Positions 49,280 through 60,115 of a DNA stretch of 64,000 bases are shown piece by piece. The first letter of the stretch is position 1, and each line of letters begins with the position of its first letter. The stretch lies in IMG/VR virus record IMGVR_UViG_3300050016_000047, positions 32,443 through 96,442 of that record. One strand, written 5' to 3'. This DNA is from a virus. Position numbers and translations under genes: made by a program. The notes under the pieces are model-generated. The model saw nothing but the letters and a program-made list of their open reading frames with translations, was not told the origin of the DNA and searched no databases.

Positions 49280-50320
49280 GTGCCCAAACCAACTCCCATA
49301 TATCTCGATGCCAGCATTCGTAGTGTTGAACTTGATGAATTTGAATACAGACTCAAAAATCACATTGTGGGACAAGACGATGCCATAACTGCGCTCGCGG
49401 ATATATACCAGATGTATAAAGCTAAAATGAACTCCCCCGGAAGACCTGTGGGGAGTTTTCTTTTTCTAGGTCCTACCGGCGTGGGTAAGACGGCGTTGTG
49501 CGAAGTCTTAGCTAAAATACTGTTCGGTACTGAGAAAGCCATAATAAAAGTTAATTGCGCGGAATTTCAACACAGCCATGAAATAGCCAAGATTATCGGT
49601 TCGCCGCCCGGATACTTAGGCCACAGAGAAACAGGTTCGTTCTTAAATGAGAAACGCCTAACTGAATACTGCACAAAAGACAATCCACTTAGTATACTTC
49701 TTTTTGACGAAATAGAGAAGTCCTCAGACGCTCTGTGGCAGCTATTACTAGGCATTTTGGACAAAGCTACTCTAACACTAGGCGACAACTCTAGAGTGGA
49801 TTTAAGCAACACAATGATATTTTTGACTTCGAATCTAGGAGGGAGGGATATTACGAAGTTGGCTGCGGATTCTGGACTAGGATTTCATACTTCGGATACT
49901 ACCCATGATGACCTTGAGAACGCCGCGCTGTCCGCAATGCGGATTAAGTTCTCACCAGAGTTTATAAACAGACTTGATAAAATAGTAGTGTTTAATTCTT
50001 TGGGTAAAACTCAGTTGCAACAAATTCTTGACATAGAACTAGAAAACATTCAGGAACGTCTACTAGAAAATGAATATACGAGATTCGCATTCAACCTAAC
50101 CCCAAGCACGAAGGAGTTTTTACTTAAAGAAGGCGTAGACATAAAATACGGAGCTAGACACCTTAAAAGAGCGATTCACCAACACATTGTGTATCCTCTT
50201 TCGAATTTAGTGTCTAGCGGCCAAGTACGAAGCGGCGACTCCGTACTTATAGACAGAATCGAAAACGAAACTAGATTTTGTTTATCTAAGAACGCTTTAA
50301 TTAAGGTTGCCAATCTTTAG
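49280..50320 (+). CDS. standalone Clp-type AAA+ ATPase (second nucleotide-binding domain only)
   Basis: IVGQDDA, FLFLGPTGVGKT, IGSPPGYLG, LFDEIEK, FSPEFINRLD, YGARHLKR. Confidence 0.92.
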   Translation: MPKPTPIYLDASIRSVELDEFEYRLKNHIVGQDDAITALADIYQMYKAKMNSPGRPVGSFLFLGPTGVGKTALCEVLAKILFGTEKAIIKVNCAEFQHSHEIAKIIGSPPGYLGHRETGSFLNEKRLTEYCTKDNPLSILLFDEIEKSSDALWQLLLGILDKATLTLGDNSRVDLSNTMIFLTSNLGGRDITKLAADSGLGFHTSDTTHDDLENAALSAMRIKFSPEFINRLDKIVVFNSLGKTQLQQILDIELENIQERLLENEYTRFAFNLTPSTKEFLLKEGVDIKYGARHLKRAIHQHIVYPLSNLVSSGQVRSGDSVLIDRIENETRFCLSKNALIKVANL

Positions 50321-50724
50321 TTAGCGGCGGCTTTTTCTGTGAAGGGGAAGACAGTTTTTCCACATTTCTGACAACATAACACATACTTAGGAGAAATATT
50401 ACCCGCCGGGATTGGGCCAACAGGTCGGTCAGTTAAATCCAAAGCAAAGAAGTTGTGTTCCGTATCAGTACAAGTTTTCATTTTTATACTCCTCTATTAT
50501 AGTCCATTTTCTATCATCTGCGTATTGTAGCAAGAATTTCCAAATCTCACCGTTTTCATAAACTGGGTTATCGTCATAATTTGCCGTGAGCACAAGTTCA
50601 GCGGGTTTATCCCAACCTACAAAATCCTCATACTTACTTACATACCTCGTCTCTCTTCCGGGCGAGGTATTGTTGTCTCTACACCAGTCTAAGAACTCTT
50701 CATATGTTCCCGCGACTACAAGTT

Positions 50725-51129
50725 TCAAAAACTTGCCTCTACAAATTTGGTTCCCTTTTGCAAAGCCAGTGGGATAAGCCACTTAAGATTTGGTACTGTT
50801 GTTTCCACTCTCAAAGTATCCACAAAATAATAATTTACTTCTTCGTCTGTGGTTGTTTTAACGTTTACAAATTTTGGTGAGAAAGCTCGATAAACAAACA
50901 CATTCGCATCGCTACCTTTAAGTTGTGCAAACCACTCCCACTCTCTGTGGGTTACTCCGGTTTCCTCTTCGAACTCTCGTATCATCGCGTTTAAAGGATA
51001 CTCTTCACCTTCAATATGACCGCCGACTCCGTTTAACTTACCGGCTTGCCACTGAGGTTTGTTCTTGCGAATCAATACTACATGCTGGTCGTTCTCACTA
51101 AACATGAAACCTACCACATACTCGGTCAC
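50725..51129 (-). CDS. NUDIX hydrolase
   Basis: GGHIEGEE....AMIREFEEETG Nudix box. Confidence 0.9.
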   Translation of the reverse strand: MTEYVVGFMFSENDQHVVLIRKNKPQWQAGKLNGVGGHIEGEEYPLNAMIREFEEETGVTHREWEWFAQLKGSDANVFVYRAFSPKFVNVKTTTDEEVNYYFVDTLRVETTVPNLKWLIPLALQKGTKFVEASF

Positions 51130-51470
51130 AGCTTACCCTCCAGTTCGGCCTGCTTAGAATACATTAGAGCGTCTAGAAGTTCTTGATACAAGTCCAGTAT
51201 AACATCTCTGCCGTTATTTGTCAATAGGCGGGTGCCGTATTTCTTTTCGCCGAATTGTGCACGAGTTTCTATATCGTTTGCAATATCTTCATACACACCA
51301 GTAAAACCGGACAATCCTGTTTTAATACGAAGCGACCTAGTTATATCTAATAAATCCCTAAATAAATTAGTGTTATGTGTTTTTCCTAAAACTCCATATC
51401 TAACTTCGGTTGTTACGTCTTGCTGGTTCTGTCCGCTTTGCGGACTCTGCTGCTGTGCTGCCACGTCCAT
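51126..51470 (-). CDS. all-alpha nucleotide pyrophosphohydrolase-like phage protein
   Basis: KKYGT.L..NNGRD..LDLYQELLDALMY. Confidence 0.5.
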   Translation of the reverse strand: MDVAAQQQSPQSGQNQQDVTTEVRYGVLGKTHNTNLFRDLLDITRSLRIKTGLSGFTGVYEDIANDIETRAQFGEKKYGTRLLTNNGRDVILDLYQELLDALMYSKQAELEGKL

Positions 51471-51855
51471 TTTTTCGCTCCTCGTTTGTAATTTTGGGGT
51501 GTGATTCGGAACCAAAATGGTCTACATAATAATCAAAAGCTTTAAAAAATAAATCCTCTCTAGATTCTATAAAACCAACCATAGTATTACATCTTTTACA
51601 AAGTAAAGATCGAACTTCTCCACATTGGTGACAATGATCTAGATTGGCGGATAAAGCTTGTAAACCGTTTCTAAGCAGAGGGCCGGAACCACATATTCTA
51701 CATTTGTATTCTTGTTCTTCTAACATTCTGGTTAAGTCTTCTGGCTCTAATCCAAATCTGCGAAGTCTAGCGTTACTTTTGTGGTATTTGATAGCTTCTG
51801 CATTTCTTACACGATACAATTTATTTTTATCTAAAACGTGTTGTGGAGTTTTCAT
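51400..51855 (-). CDS. endonuclease VII-like HNH endonuclease
   Basis: CRICG, LDHCH..GEVRSLLCKRCN. Confidence 0.85.
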   Translation of the reverse strand: MKTPQHVLDKNKLYRVRNAEAIKYHKSNARLRRFGLEPEDLTRMLEEQEYKCRICGSGPLLRNGLQALSANLDHCHQCGEVRSLLCKRCNTMVGFIESREDLFFKAFDYYVDHFGSESHPKITNEERKNGRGSTAAESAKRTEPARRNNRS

Positions 51856-52217
51856 CTAGAGTCTCGCCCTATTAACAACTCGTGCAATAAGCCACTAGCA
51901 TTAAATATGCACGCACAAAGAGCTTCTTCCAAATCCTGCGTTCTTGCAACTTTTTTATACCCTCTCATTATAAGCCATACGTCCATTAGATGCCGGTACA
52001 AAGATTTCATATATTCTCTTCTTGGAATACCTTTTGTCCAGTTATCACTTGGGCGCAAACTACCATCTTTCATATGACGGTGCTTGTGCATATATTCTGC
52101 GTATCTATGTGTAACTAGCGGAGATATAGCCCCTTCATAATCAAACTTAGTGCTATCTGTATCTCTAGTTGCACCCGTACTAAACTTTCGCAGATTTTCC
52201 CTGTCCCGAGTTGCCAC
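51852..52217 (-). CDS. dATP/dGTP diphosphohydrolase-like (DUF5664) protein
   Basis: [22 protein letters not shown]. Confidence 0.75.
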   Translation of the reverse strand: MATRDRENLRKFSTGATRDTDSTKFDYEGAISPLVTHRYAEYMHKHRHMKDGSLRPSDNWTKGIPRREYMKSLYRHLMDVWLIMRGYKKVARTQDLEEALCACIFNASGLLHELLIGRDSR

Positions 52218-53175
52218 TTCGTACCTCCGTTGTTAGATTGGTTAAAGAGTCTTCGTTTAGTTTAAAGAAAGCTTTAGCTTCATCCTTACCATGGAATCGG
52301 GTTTCTCCCCAAGTTAACCAAGAGCCAGACTTGACTATTATACCACGATTTATAGCTGTGTCAATAAGGTCATTCCCGGCGCTAATACCTTCACCATATA
52401 TTAGGTCTACTTCACACTCGCGGAATGGCCTACCAACTTTGTTCTTAACTATCTTAATTCGTGTTCTAGCACCGACTACTTTATCACCTTCTTTAATAGC
52501 ACTAATACGCCTAACGTCAAGGCGCATACTAGCGTAAAACTTAAGAGCGCGGCCTCCAGTAGTCGTTTCAGGACTTCCAAACATAACTCCTATCTTATCT
52601 CGGATTTGGTTAATGAATATTAAAATCGTATTGCTTTTGGCTACAACTCCAGTTAGTTTGCGTAGAGCCTGAGACATAAGTCTGGCTTGTAACCCCATTT
52701 GAGGGTCGCCCATGTCGCCTTCTAACTCGGCTTTGGGGACCAACGCGGCTACTGAATCAACAACTACTATACTTACGTCGCCGGAACGAATCAGACTTTC
52801 TGCAATTTCTAACGCTTGCTCACCACTATCCGGCTGGCTGACTAATAAATTATCTACATCTACTCCGAGTCTTTTTGCATACTCTACGCTCAAACTGTGC
52901 TCTGCATCTATAAACGCAGCTTGACCGCCTGCTTTTTGAATCTGAGATATTGCCTGCAAAGCCATAGTTGTTTTTCCACCGGACTCAGGACCGTATATTT
53001 CTATGACTCGCCCACGCGGATACCCTCCCACGTCTGTAGCCTCGTCCAGACTAGCGCATCCTGTAGACACAACTTGAACTTCAACTACTCTGTGGTCGCC
53101 AAGCCGAACAATACTTCCGGCTCCGTGTTGCTTCTCAATTTGCGCCATTACGTTATCTAAGTTTGTTTTAGTCAT
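52180..53175 (-). CDS. recA: recombinase RecA
   Basis: [50 protein letters not shown]. Confidence 0.97.
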   Translation of the reverse strand: MTKTNLDNVMAQIEKQHGAGSIVRLGDHRVVEVQVVSTGCASLDEATDVGGYPRGRVIEIYGPESGGKTTMALQAISQIQKAGGQAAFIDAEHSLSVEYAKRLGVDVDNLLVSQPDSGEQALEIAESLIRSGDVSIVVVDSVAALVPKAELEGDMGDPQMGLQARLMSQALRKLTGVVAKSNTILIFINQIRDKIGVMFGSPETTTGGRALKFYASMRLDVRRISAIKEGDKVVGARTRIKIVKNKVGRPFRECEVDLIYGEGISAGNDLIDTAINRGIIVKSGSWLTWGETRFHGKDEAKAFFKLNEDSLTNLTTEVRSGNSGQGKSAKV

Positions 53176-53317
53176 ACTCCCCTTTAAAATGTCACCGAAG
53201 CTGTTAGTACAGAAGCCGCCAGCCAGTATATCATGCGTCGGTAATCACAATTCCACATATACCCGAAAGAAGCCAGTAAAGAAACTACAATTTGTATTAT
53301 TGCAAATGTTTTGCCCA

Positions 53318-54439
53318 TTATAGAAATATCGGCGTAAACATTGACTTTGCGTTATATTTCTTGTTGACTAAGAAAAACGCTTGTTGTGGTTTTTCAAAGT
53401 CTGCTTTGATCGCCACCGCAAAACTGTTGTAGCCAATTAACGCTCCGTTTGCAACAAAATTCCCCGCATCTATAAGTGTATGGTAGTGGCCAAATACGTC
53501 CAAATTTACTGGCGTGGCTTTATTCCACTGTGCAATCGCTTTGTTAGTCGGTATGAAAATTCCTCCTACGCCCCCGCCATACTTAATATCGTGGCCGTGG
53601 TGAAACCGTACCACGTACTTTCCGTCGAATAGCTTTAAGTAGCTGTGGTATCCTTCGGCCACTTGAAACACTATTCTAGATTCGTTGGCGAAATACTCTT
53701 GTATATTATAATACATAAATTGTTCTAGACTGTTTCCTGTTTCTGTCGCGTGGCGCTGCTCCTTAGTCATTCTGCCGTGGTTGCCGCCATGACAAACTAG
53801 AATAAGCTGAGTGTCCGGCGGGGTGTTAGTCAGCATGTATTTCACGCCGCTTATAATTAAGTTCTGCGCGTGGAATATAGCTTCTGATGGAGGCAAGAGA
53901 TTGCTCTCCGCTAGGTCTTCGTGGATGCTGCCGGATATGAAATCTCCTATTAGACCGAGAACGATTGTTTTAATATTGGTATCCCGGCGCATTATATCGA
54001 ATAGCCGAATCCCGCCTTGAAAGAAACTGGTTACTCTCTGCTTACCTATTTCTAGATTAAACTCGTTCTTGTAGCCTACCGCGCCCGGATACACGGGTTC
54101 CTCAATATGCCAGTCAGAAGCAATCATAAAACAAACAGACTCGCTGGTACCCTTGTTTACTTTTGGCTGAATCTCGAATATCTGTGGAGTCCGCGATTTA
54201 AAATCAGTTAGTATATCTAGTTCTTTTTCGAGCAGGATTACTTTTTCTTGCAGATGCGCGGACTTTTGAGATTTTTCTTCTTTCTTTAATTTAAGTTTTT
54301 CTAGTTCAAGTTCGACCTGTTGCTGTGGCGAAATACCGGCTTTAGCAACTGGCGGTTTGCAACCGCACGATTTCTGGTCGCTTCTGAAAGACTTAGTTTT
54401 GCCACAACTCGGGCACTTACGTTTCACTGGTTTAGACAT
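53318..54439 (-). CDS. calcineurin-like metallophosphoesterase
   Basis: SDWH, GDFISG, GNHGR, HHGH, FGHYH. Confidence 0.85.
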   Translation of the reverse strand: MSKPVKRKCPSCGKTKSFRSDQKSCGCKPPVAKAGISPQQQVELELEKLKLKKEEKSQKSAHLQEKVILLEKELDILTDFKSRTPQIFEIQPKVNKGTSESVCFMIASDWHIEEPVYPGAVGYKNEFNLEIGKQRVTSFFQGGIRLFDIMRRDTNIKTIVLGLIGDFISGSIHEDLAESNLLPPSEAIFHAQNLIISGVKYMLTNTPPDTQLILVCHGGNHGRMTKEQRHATETGNSLEQFMYYNIQEYFANESRIVFQVAEGYHSYLKLFDGKYVVRFHHGHDIKYGGGVGGIFIPTNKAIAQWNKATPVNLDVFGHYHTLIDAGNFVANGALIGYNSFAVAIKADFEKPQQAFFLVNKKYNAKSMFTPIFL

Positions 54440-54646
54440 TAGGAAACTTCCTCTAAAACTTCCTCTAACCAAGTATTTGAATCTAATTTTACAAACCCTA
54501 TAGCCGCACCGTTCTCTCCGCGAAGTTTAGTGAAGCCGTCTATAATTTGTAAATCTATTACATTCTTAAAATCGGCTAGCTTTCCGATCGTGCCTTCCAC
54601 GCCGCTGGCGCTATGCGATTCAGTGTATTTTAACAATCTATAATTT

Positions 54647-55324
54647 TTAGTGTTCATTAAAAATCTTCTCCATCCGCTTTGCGGACTCTCTTTGTTTCTT
54701 AAGCAACTTGGCTCTTTTCTTAGTGCCTGTTTTTCCGGGTAAAGTGTATACAGGTTCTCCAAAAGCTTTGCTTGCGGGCGGATTTTCTAAATAATCTGCA
54801 CACGCTCTAAACAACATTATACTGTCATGTAAATGCCCAAGAATATAATTACAAGGAAACTGACAAACCAATCCTCGTATCAAACCTGTTTTATGGTCGT
54901 GGTCTACCGCTGCCCTAGAAACTTTTGGATTTAAACTAAAATCAAATATGGTCTGTATCGGTTTTTTACATATTGCACAAATTCCTCCCTGAGAAGCGTG
55001 TATTAACATCCATTGTTCAGGGGTTATTCCATATTCTTTTACAACTCTATATCTTTTACTAGCCTCTCTAATCTTTTGTTTGTTGGTTTCGTCCGCCCAT
55101 CTTTTTTTATTAGTTTCTGTTTCGCATTGTTTACACCGCCAATGAGTATTATCTGTGGGAGGTGTTATACCTACTTCGGTTAATAAATGACCTTTTCTAC
55201 ACCTAGGTTCCTTTATTAGAGAACGATTTAAAGGAGACTCCGCACACCTATCGCAAAACTTATGCCAAGGGTCTCTATTAAATTTAGAACCACACCCGCT
55301 ACAGGTTTCTTTTCTTTTAGTCAC
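54647..55324 (-). CDS. endonuclease VII-like HNH endonuclease
   Basis: YGIT, CAICK, VDHDHKTGLIRGLVC..CN. Confidence 0.88.
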   Translation of the reverse strand: MTKRKETCSGCGSKFNRDPWHKFCDRCAESPLNRSLIKEPRCRKGHLLTEVGITPPTDNTHWRCKQCETETNKKRWADETNKQKIREASKRYRVVKEYGITPEQWMLIHASQGGICAICKKPIQTIFDFSLNPKVSRAAVDHDHKTGLIRGLVCQFPCNYILGHLHDSIMLFRACADYLENPPASKAFGEPVYTLPGKTGTKKRAKLLKKQRESAKRMEKIFNEH

Positions 55325-55327
55325 GTA

Positions 55328-55651
55328 TTAATTCTTCTCCGGCCAGTGCCATGTTCCCGGTTCTTTGTTTTCGCTCATGGAACGACTGGTAGCCCATAAC
55401 AGAAACTGTGATGAATAAACGGGCGGATGGTTGCATCCTAGAATCTCGGAATACTCAACATCTTCTTCATCATTTGAACCGTCAAGAAAAACTAATAGAT
55501 TTGAATATCCGTCGTCCCTTCCAAGGTCGGGCCAAGAGTTAACCACGATAGCTGGCCGATGCCTTCCCACAGAATATTTATGACGGGCTGATAAATCATG
55601 TTCTGCCAAAACATAATGAACTATTCTTCCTTCGCTTAGTCCCTGTAACAT
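55328..55651 (-). CDS. conserved phage hypothetical protein
   Basis: GRIVHYV...PAIV...LVFLDG...PGTWHWP. Confidence 0.6.
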   Translation of the reverse strand: MLQGLSEGRIVHYVLAEHDLSARHKYSVGRHRPAIVVNSWPDLGRDDGYSNLLVFLDGSNDEEDVEYSEILGCNHPPVYSSQFLLWATSRSMSENKEPGTWHWPEKN

Positions 55652-56268
55652 AAAGTCTCCTAGTTTGTATACTCTTTCTTAAGAACTAGAGTGTTCTGTA
55701 AATACATTCCTATTGCATAAGTTAGTTTGTCCGCCTGCTCGTTAGTCAGTGTGGCGATTACAGGTCTGTTCAGTACGGCGGCAAGAGCCTGCTTACAGTA
55801 TTCTTTTTCTGACTCTGCGGAATGGTACTTATCTATGTATTTATCCCGTTCCGACTTATAAATCTTGTTATCGGCTAGTAGGCTGACTATTTGGTTGTAG
55901 CCGAGTATGGCTACCGCTCCTATTAGCGCGGCGAATAAAATCACGAATAAGTTCAAAATCTTCCTCCTAACAGAATACGTAGACGTTGGTTTAATTCTTC
56001 TTCGGTCGCGCCGAATACTTTTTCTTCCTTGTAGCCTTTGTCAGATTTGCCAAATTTAATATAATACCTGTGGTCAACCACCGCGACTAAACCATTATTT
56101 CTGTATAGAATGTTTACTATTGGTTTTTTCACTTGTTCTCCACCGACTGTCCGCAAAACGGACAAAACTGCGGTTCTTCGGAAAAATCACACTGAAATTC
56201 CTTACCACATGTTTCACACAAATACTCTGATTTATCGTTTGGGTCGCTTCCAACGTAAATAGGGCCAC

Positions 56269-56658
56269 TCACGCCGACTCCACTAAAGGTCTTTTTAAAT
56301 CTTTAACTACAGCTTCGTAATCTGATGGTTTTCTGTAGAACCTGTCTATAACTTGCTGCATTCTAGCTCTACCAGCCGGATTCATGCTGTGTACGGTTAC
56401 TCCGTCTCGCGGCCAGTATTCGGGATGCTGTTCAAGCCAAACCACAACATCGTAGCCGGACGCTTGTCCGTCTTCACGAATTTCGCCAAACATGCCGCCT
56501 TTCATCTGCTCGGCAGTAAGGTCGTGGTCAAGAGAAGCGTAACATACTTCACCAGTCCTAAGAAGAGCAATAGCTTCTTCCGCAGTTTTAGCCCAAGTAT
56601 AGTTTGGAAAGCCGAATTTGGCGGGGTTTCGGCAATCGTCCAACCACAAAGGAAACAT
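56269..56658 (-). CDS. cyclic-phosphate-processing receiver-domain-like protein
   Basis: LWLDDCR, SLDHDL, GYDVV.WL, VHSMNPAG. Confidence 0.8.
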   Translation of the reverse strand: MFPLWLDDCRNPAKFGFPNYTWAKTAEEAIALLRTGEVCYASLDHDLTAEQMKGGMFGEIREDGQASGYDVVVWLEQHPEYWPRDGVTVHSMNPAGRARMQQVIDRFYRKPSDYEAVVKDLKRPLVESA

Positions 56659-56837
56659 TAGAATCCTCTTTGTCCATTTCCGCCCCATTGCATTTTACTT
56701 GGAGTAGAAAGTATCTTTTCAGCGTTGTTTAGTATACCACACTTCCTACACTTTTGCAAGTGGTTTGATTCGTCGTAGTTAACTATCTTTTCGAATACGG
56801 CTCCACAAGTTTTGCATTTAAATTCAAATAGTGGCAC
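56658..56837 (-). CDS. FmdB-like zinc-ribbon protein
   Basis: Not in the ORF track. Reads (V)PLFEFKCKTCGAVFEKIV...CRKCG...KILS. Confidence 0.75.
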   Translation of the reverse strand: MPLFEFKCKTCGAVFEKIVNYDESNHLQKCRKCGILNNAEKILSTPSKMQWGGNGQRGF

Positions 56838-56849
56838 TTTTTACTCCTT

Positions 56850-57281
56850 TTATTTAAAGTAGCTGGTTGTTCCAATCGTTGCGCATCTTGGATGTAAATC
56901 CGGTCGCTGTACAATCGCCCGGTCGAACCAACCGCCTTTTTGAAATCCCGCTGACTGCAAATCGCTGTAGTATATTGCACCATTAGTGAGTATATCTTTC
57001 ATAGTACCGTCGAACACGTTATCCACGAACTGTAATACTTTCTGGAAGTTAGGTTCGCGCGGGTCTGCGTAATACACCGTGCGGTTATCCCCTTTTATAA
57101 CCATACTACTAAATTGGTTCTTTGCGGTTATGTTTTTATATAGGTCGCCGCCGAACCAACCCGCAGCCACTCTTGTCCGCAAAACGAACAACACTCCAAG
57201 ACAACCATTTACTCCGTTTGACTCTTCCTCGCGCACAGCTAGTAGGCACGCCAAGCTTTTAACGTAGTTATCAGAAACCAC
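56850..57281 (-). CDS. cell wall hydrolase (SleB/Hydrolase_2-like)
   Basis: LA....RE, V..VLRTRV, NQFSSM, TNGAIYY, IGT..YFK. Confidence 0.8.
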   Translation of the reverse strand: MVSDNYVKSLACLLAVREEESNGVNGCLGVLFVLRTRVAAGWFGGDLYKNITAKNQFSSMVIKGDNRTVYYADPREPNFQKVLQFVDNVFDGTMKDILTNGAIYYSDLQSAGFQKGGWFDRAIVQRPDLHPRCATIGTTSYFK

Positions 57282-57790
57282 TATTCTATCCTATCTATAA
57301 GTTTAAGTTTTAACGCGGTCTTCGCATCGAATATATTTAACTTCATGGCTGTTTTATAGTTAGCAACTCCTATTCGGTCAGACACAATCTCGGCTACTCT
57401 CGCATCCAAAAACTTAGTTTGAATTAGTTGCTCTTTCTTTGTTTCTAAATCGTCTTTGTCTTCGTGAAGGTATTTTACAGGGTGTACCACGAAATAGCAA
57501 CCGGGACTGGAAATTCTATTCGCGGCGGCTGACAAGATTAAAACCGCCGAACTCGCGCAATGCCCTGTAGTACGAATAGTTAAGTTAGGTATAGTTTTAA
57601 GTAAGTCGTGTATGGCAAACCCATCTGGTACGTTTCCGCCACAGGAGTTAAGTAAAATACATCGGTTCTTTGGCTTCGCAAGAACGTCATAATTCATAAA
57701 TAAATTAAGTGAAACGTCTTCCGTTATCTCGCCGAAGATTGGGTACTCGTCCATAGAACCGGATTTTACTTTATACCGTGGGTATTTCAT
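57281..57790 (-). CDS. ClpP-like serine protease
   Basis: NSCGGNV.DG..I.D, CASSA..I, VVHP, A..ALKLKLID. Confidence 0.75.
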   Translation of the reverse strand: MKYPRYKVKSGSMDEYPIFGEITEDVSLNLFMNYDVLAKPKNRCILLNSCGGNVPDGFAIHDLLKTIPNLTIRTTGHCASSAVLILSAAANRISSPGCYFVVHPVKYLHEDKDDLETKKEQLIQTKFLDARVAEIVSDRIGVANYKTAMKLNIFDAKTALKLKLIDRIE

Positions 57791-58210
57791 CTAGTGTGTA
57801 ATCACTTCCGGGTCGTCTTTAACAGTAGTAAATTTTGGAACAGCGGGTTTTACTACTGGCTTCCTAGTAGCAATATCTATAACTTTGGCTGGGGTTATTG
57901 GTGTGGAATCCCCGGTAGCGTCTGGTATGGATGGCGCGGACTTCGCAAACTCTTCCGCCGCCAATCTTTCTTCTTCTAGAACTTTCGGCGACTTGAGCGG
58001 AACGAAGTCACGTAGCCACGCCAGCAAGCAAGCCTTTGAACAGAACACAGCTTTAGCAGAATTGCTTAGTTCTAGAATAAGAATCCTGAACGCGGCTTCT
58101 GGAACCGTCTTCATGTCGCGTTGGGCCTCTTCCTGATTCCAGCGAATCTCTGTAGTGCAGGCTTTGTTGTCACAATTCACTACTATTTCTGTTTTAATTG
58201 TTGAACTCAT
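57791..58210 (-). CDS. hypothetical zinc-binding protein
   Basis: CDNKAC...FCSKAC. Confidence 0.5.
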   Translation of the reverse strand: MSSTIKTEIVVNCDNKACTTEIRWNQEEAQRDMKTVPEAAFRILILELSNSAKAVFCSKACLLAWLRDFVPLKSPKVLEEERLAAEEFAKSAPSIPDATGDSTPITPAKVIDIATRKPVVKPAVPKFTTVKDDPEVITH

Positions 58211-58779
58211 TTATTCCTCACGTCTATTTTTAAGTAGTTACGAATCTTTTGCTTTGCACTTATTTCTTTCCACCGCACCCACTTTGCTGTTTTCGTGAAC
58301 GCATCGGCGATTTCTTTACGGGTCTTCTTATCGCAGTTTATGCCGAAGACGCTGCGAATTACTGCTTGCTCCGACCAACTTAAGATTTTCAGACTATCTA
58401 AGATTTTCTCTATATCCAAAAACTCTAGTTCGGGAACAACGTATTTTTGTATCTCGGCTGTCCGCATTACGGACGGATCGGCCAAACTAACGTATTCAAC
58501 GGTTGGTTTCTCCTCGGGACTACTCTTACCCGGCCCGCCGACCTTACCCGGATTATACGCTTTAATACCTTGTTTTTTGTCTCCTTGTTCTTTTCGCAGA
58601 ATATTTAGTACGCAATTCTTAGCCGCGATATAGGCAGTTCCTTTGTTATTAATTTTGTCCCCGGCCTCCAGCAAACTTAAATAACACTCCTGCCGCAAAT
58701 CATCCTGAATATCCGAATCCTTATCAAAAGCGTACTTGGCTACGACCTTGTTTATTTCTTCAGTATAGTCTAATACCAT
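58207..58779 (-). CDS. sigma-70 family sigma factor (regions 2 and 4)
   Basis: DDLRQECYLSLLEA; LSWSEQAVI...FG....KTRKEIA. Confidence 0.8.
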   Translation of the reverse strand: MVLDYTEEINKVVAKYAFDKDSDIQDDLRQECYLSLLEAGDKINNKGTAYIAAKNCVLNILRKEQGDKKQGIKAYNPGKVGGPGKSSPEEKPTVEYVSLADPSVMRTAEIQKYVVPELEFLDIEKILDSLKILSWSEQAVIRSVFGINCDKKTRKEIADAFTKTAKWVRWKEISAKQKIRNYLKIDVRNK

Positions 58780-59729
58780 TACGTGTCAAACCCAACCTTG
58801 GCAGATTCTTTTCGCTTAGGAGCTTTCTTTTTGTTATTTGTAAGACGAGCTAGAGTTTCATCGTAATCCAACCCCATGCAGCACACAGCACTAATTAGTT
58901 CGCGCAAGTGAGCCATGCCAAGACCTTCTGTATCGGCAGCCCATTGCTTTATTGTATCGTTGTCAAGTCCAGAGTTAGGTACGCTAGCCAGATACTCCTG
59001 TCTCGCCTGAAGTGACGGCATTTTTACTTCTAAAATCAAGTCAAACCTACCCGGGCGCTGACTGATGCGTTCTTCTAGTTTTTCGGGATAGTTAGTAGTG
59101 GCGAGTTGCAACACGTTGTTAATTTGGTGCTCGCCATCCAACATACTTAGAATACTGGAAGAATCCCACATTTCCATTTGCGCTTCAATGTCTTCTATAA
59201 TATGTACGATTGGTCGCTCCGGTTCAATTTCGCGCAAAGCCTTGAATCCAGCTATACTAGTATCCGGGTCGTTCATAATAATTACTACGCCGTTTCTGGC
59301 AATCACGTCATCGGTCAAGAGTTTAATCAAACTTGTTTTTCCGCCGCCAGCTATACCATAGAAAAGAATCCCACGCTTGTGCAGTAGGCCGGAATCAATA
59401 TAGTTTTGTTTACTCTCCCAAAAACGTTCTATTTGTTTTAAAACAGAAACCGAGTATCCGTCCGTAATACGATACAGCGCGTCGGCGTTAAACTTGGCCG
59501 GACTGAATATAACTCCTTTGTCCGTATTCTTAATTGTATACACCCCGGCGGGAAGTTCTTTTGCGGTTTTCTCGCAAGACTTATACTCGCCAGCCGAAGT
59601 TATCATCCATTGTGTGTACTTGCTTTCTTTCCCCATGGGTTTTTCCCCTAATATAGCTTGTAATAGTTCATCTTCCGGCCAGTCTTCCATCTTCTTTAAA
59701 GCGTATTCTAATCGGGTTTCGGGGTCCAA
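58779..59729 (-). CDS. AAA family ATPase
   Basis: RGILFYGIAGGGKT, IIEDIE, ATTNYPEKLE..I..RPGRFD. Confidence 0.9.
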   Translation of the reverse strand: MDPETRLEYALKKMEDWPEDELLQAILGEKPMGKESKYTQWMITSAGEYKSCEKTAKELPAGVYTIKNTDKGVIFSPAKFNADALYRITDGYSVSVLKQIERFWESKQNYIDSGLLHKRGILFYGIAGGGKTSLIKLLTDDVIARNGVVIIMNDPDTSIAGFKALREIEPERPIVHIIEDIEAQMEMWDSSSILSMLDGEHQINNVLQLATTNYPEKLEERISQRPGRFDLILEVKMPSLQARQEYLASVPNSGLDNDTIKQWAADTEGLGMAHLRELISAVCCMGLDYDETLARLTNNKKKAPKRKESAKVGFDT

Positions 59730-60115
59730 TTTATCCGCCTATTCGCATGTGCCGCGTTCGGACTTCCTAAATGGCATGAGTAGCAAATGAAAACACAGTT
59801 ATACAAACTTACGTCTCCGCCCTTACCTTTGGGCACAACCTCGTGCATATGCCCAGTTTGGTAAGTCACTATTTTACCACAATACTCGCACTCGCCGCCG
59901 GACCTCTCGAAAACTTGTTTACGAATCTCGCCTACTGCGTCTTTGCGCGAAGTCTCGGCGACTCTACCTTCGTCGGCGGCTTTAGAAATAGCCGCAGCAC
60001 CTTGGTTACGAAAAAGCTTAACTATCTTGCCGTCTATTTTCTCTACCCACACTCTGCCGCGCGGCACTAGCCGGTTCCTACTTGGCTTGCATACGTTCCA
60101 TAAAATTCTCGACAA
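59708..60115 (-). CDS. HNH endonuclease
   Basis: FERSGGECEYCG...HMHEVVPKGKGG....NCVFICYSCH; start uncertain. Confidence 0.8.
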   Translation of the reverse strand: MSRILWNVCKPSRNRLVPRGRVWVEKIDGKIVKLFRNQGAAAISKAADEGRVAETSRKDAVGEIRKQVFERSGGECEYCGKIVTYQTGHMHEVVPKGKGGDVSLYNCVFICYSCHLGSPNAAHANRRINWTPKPD

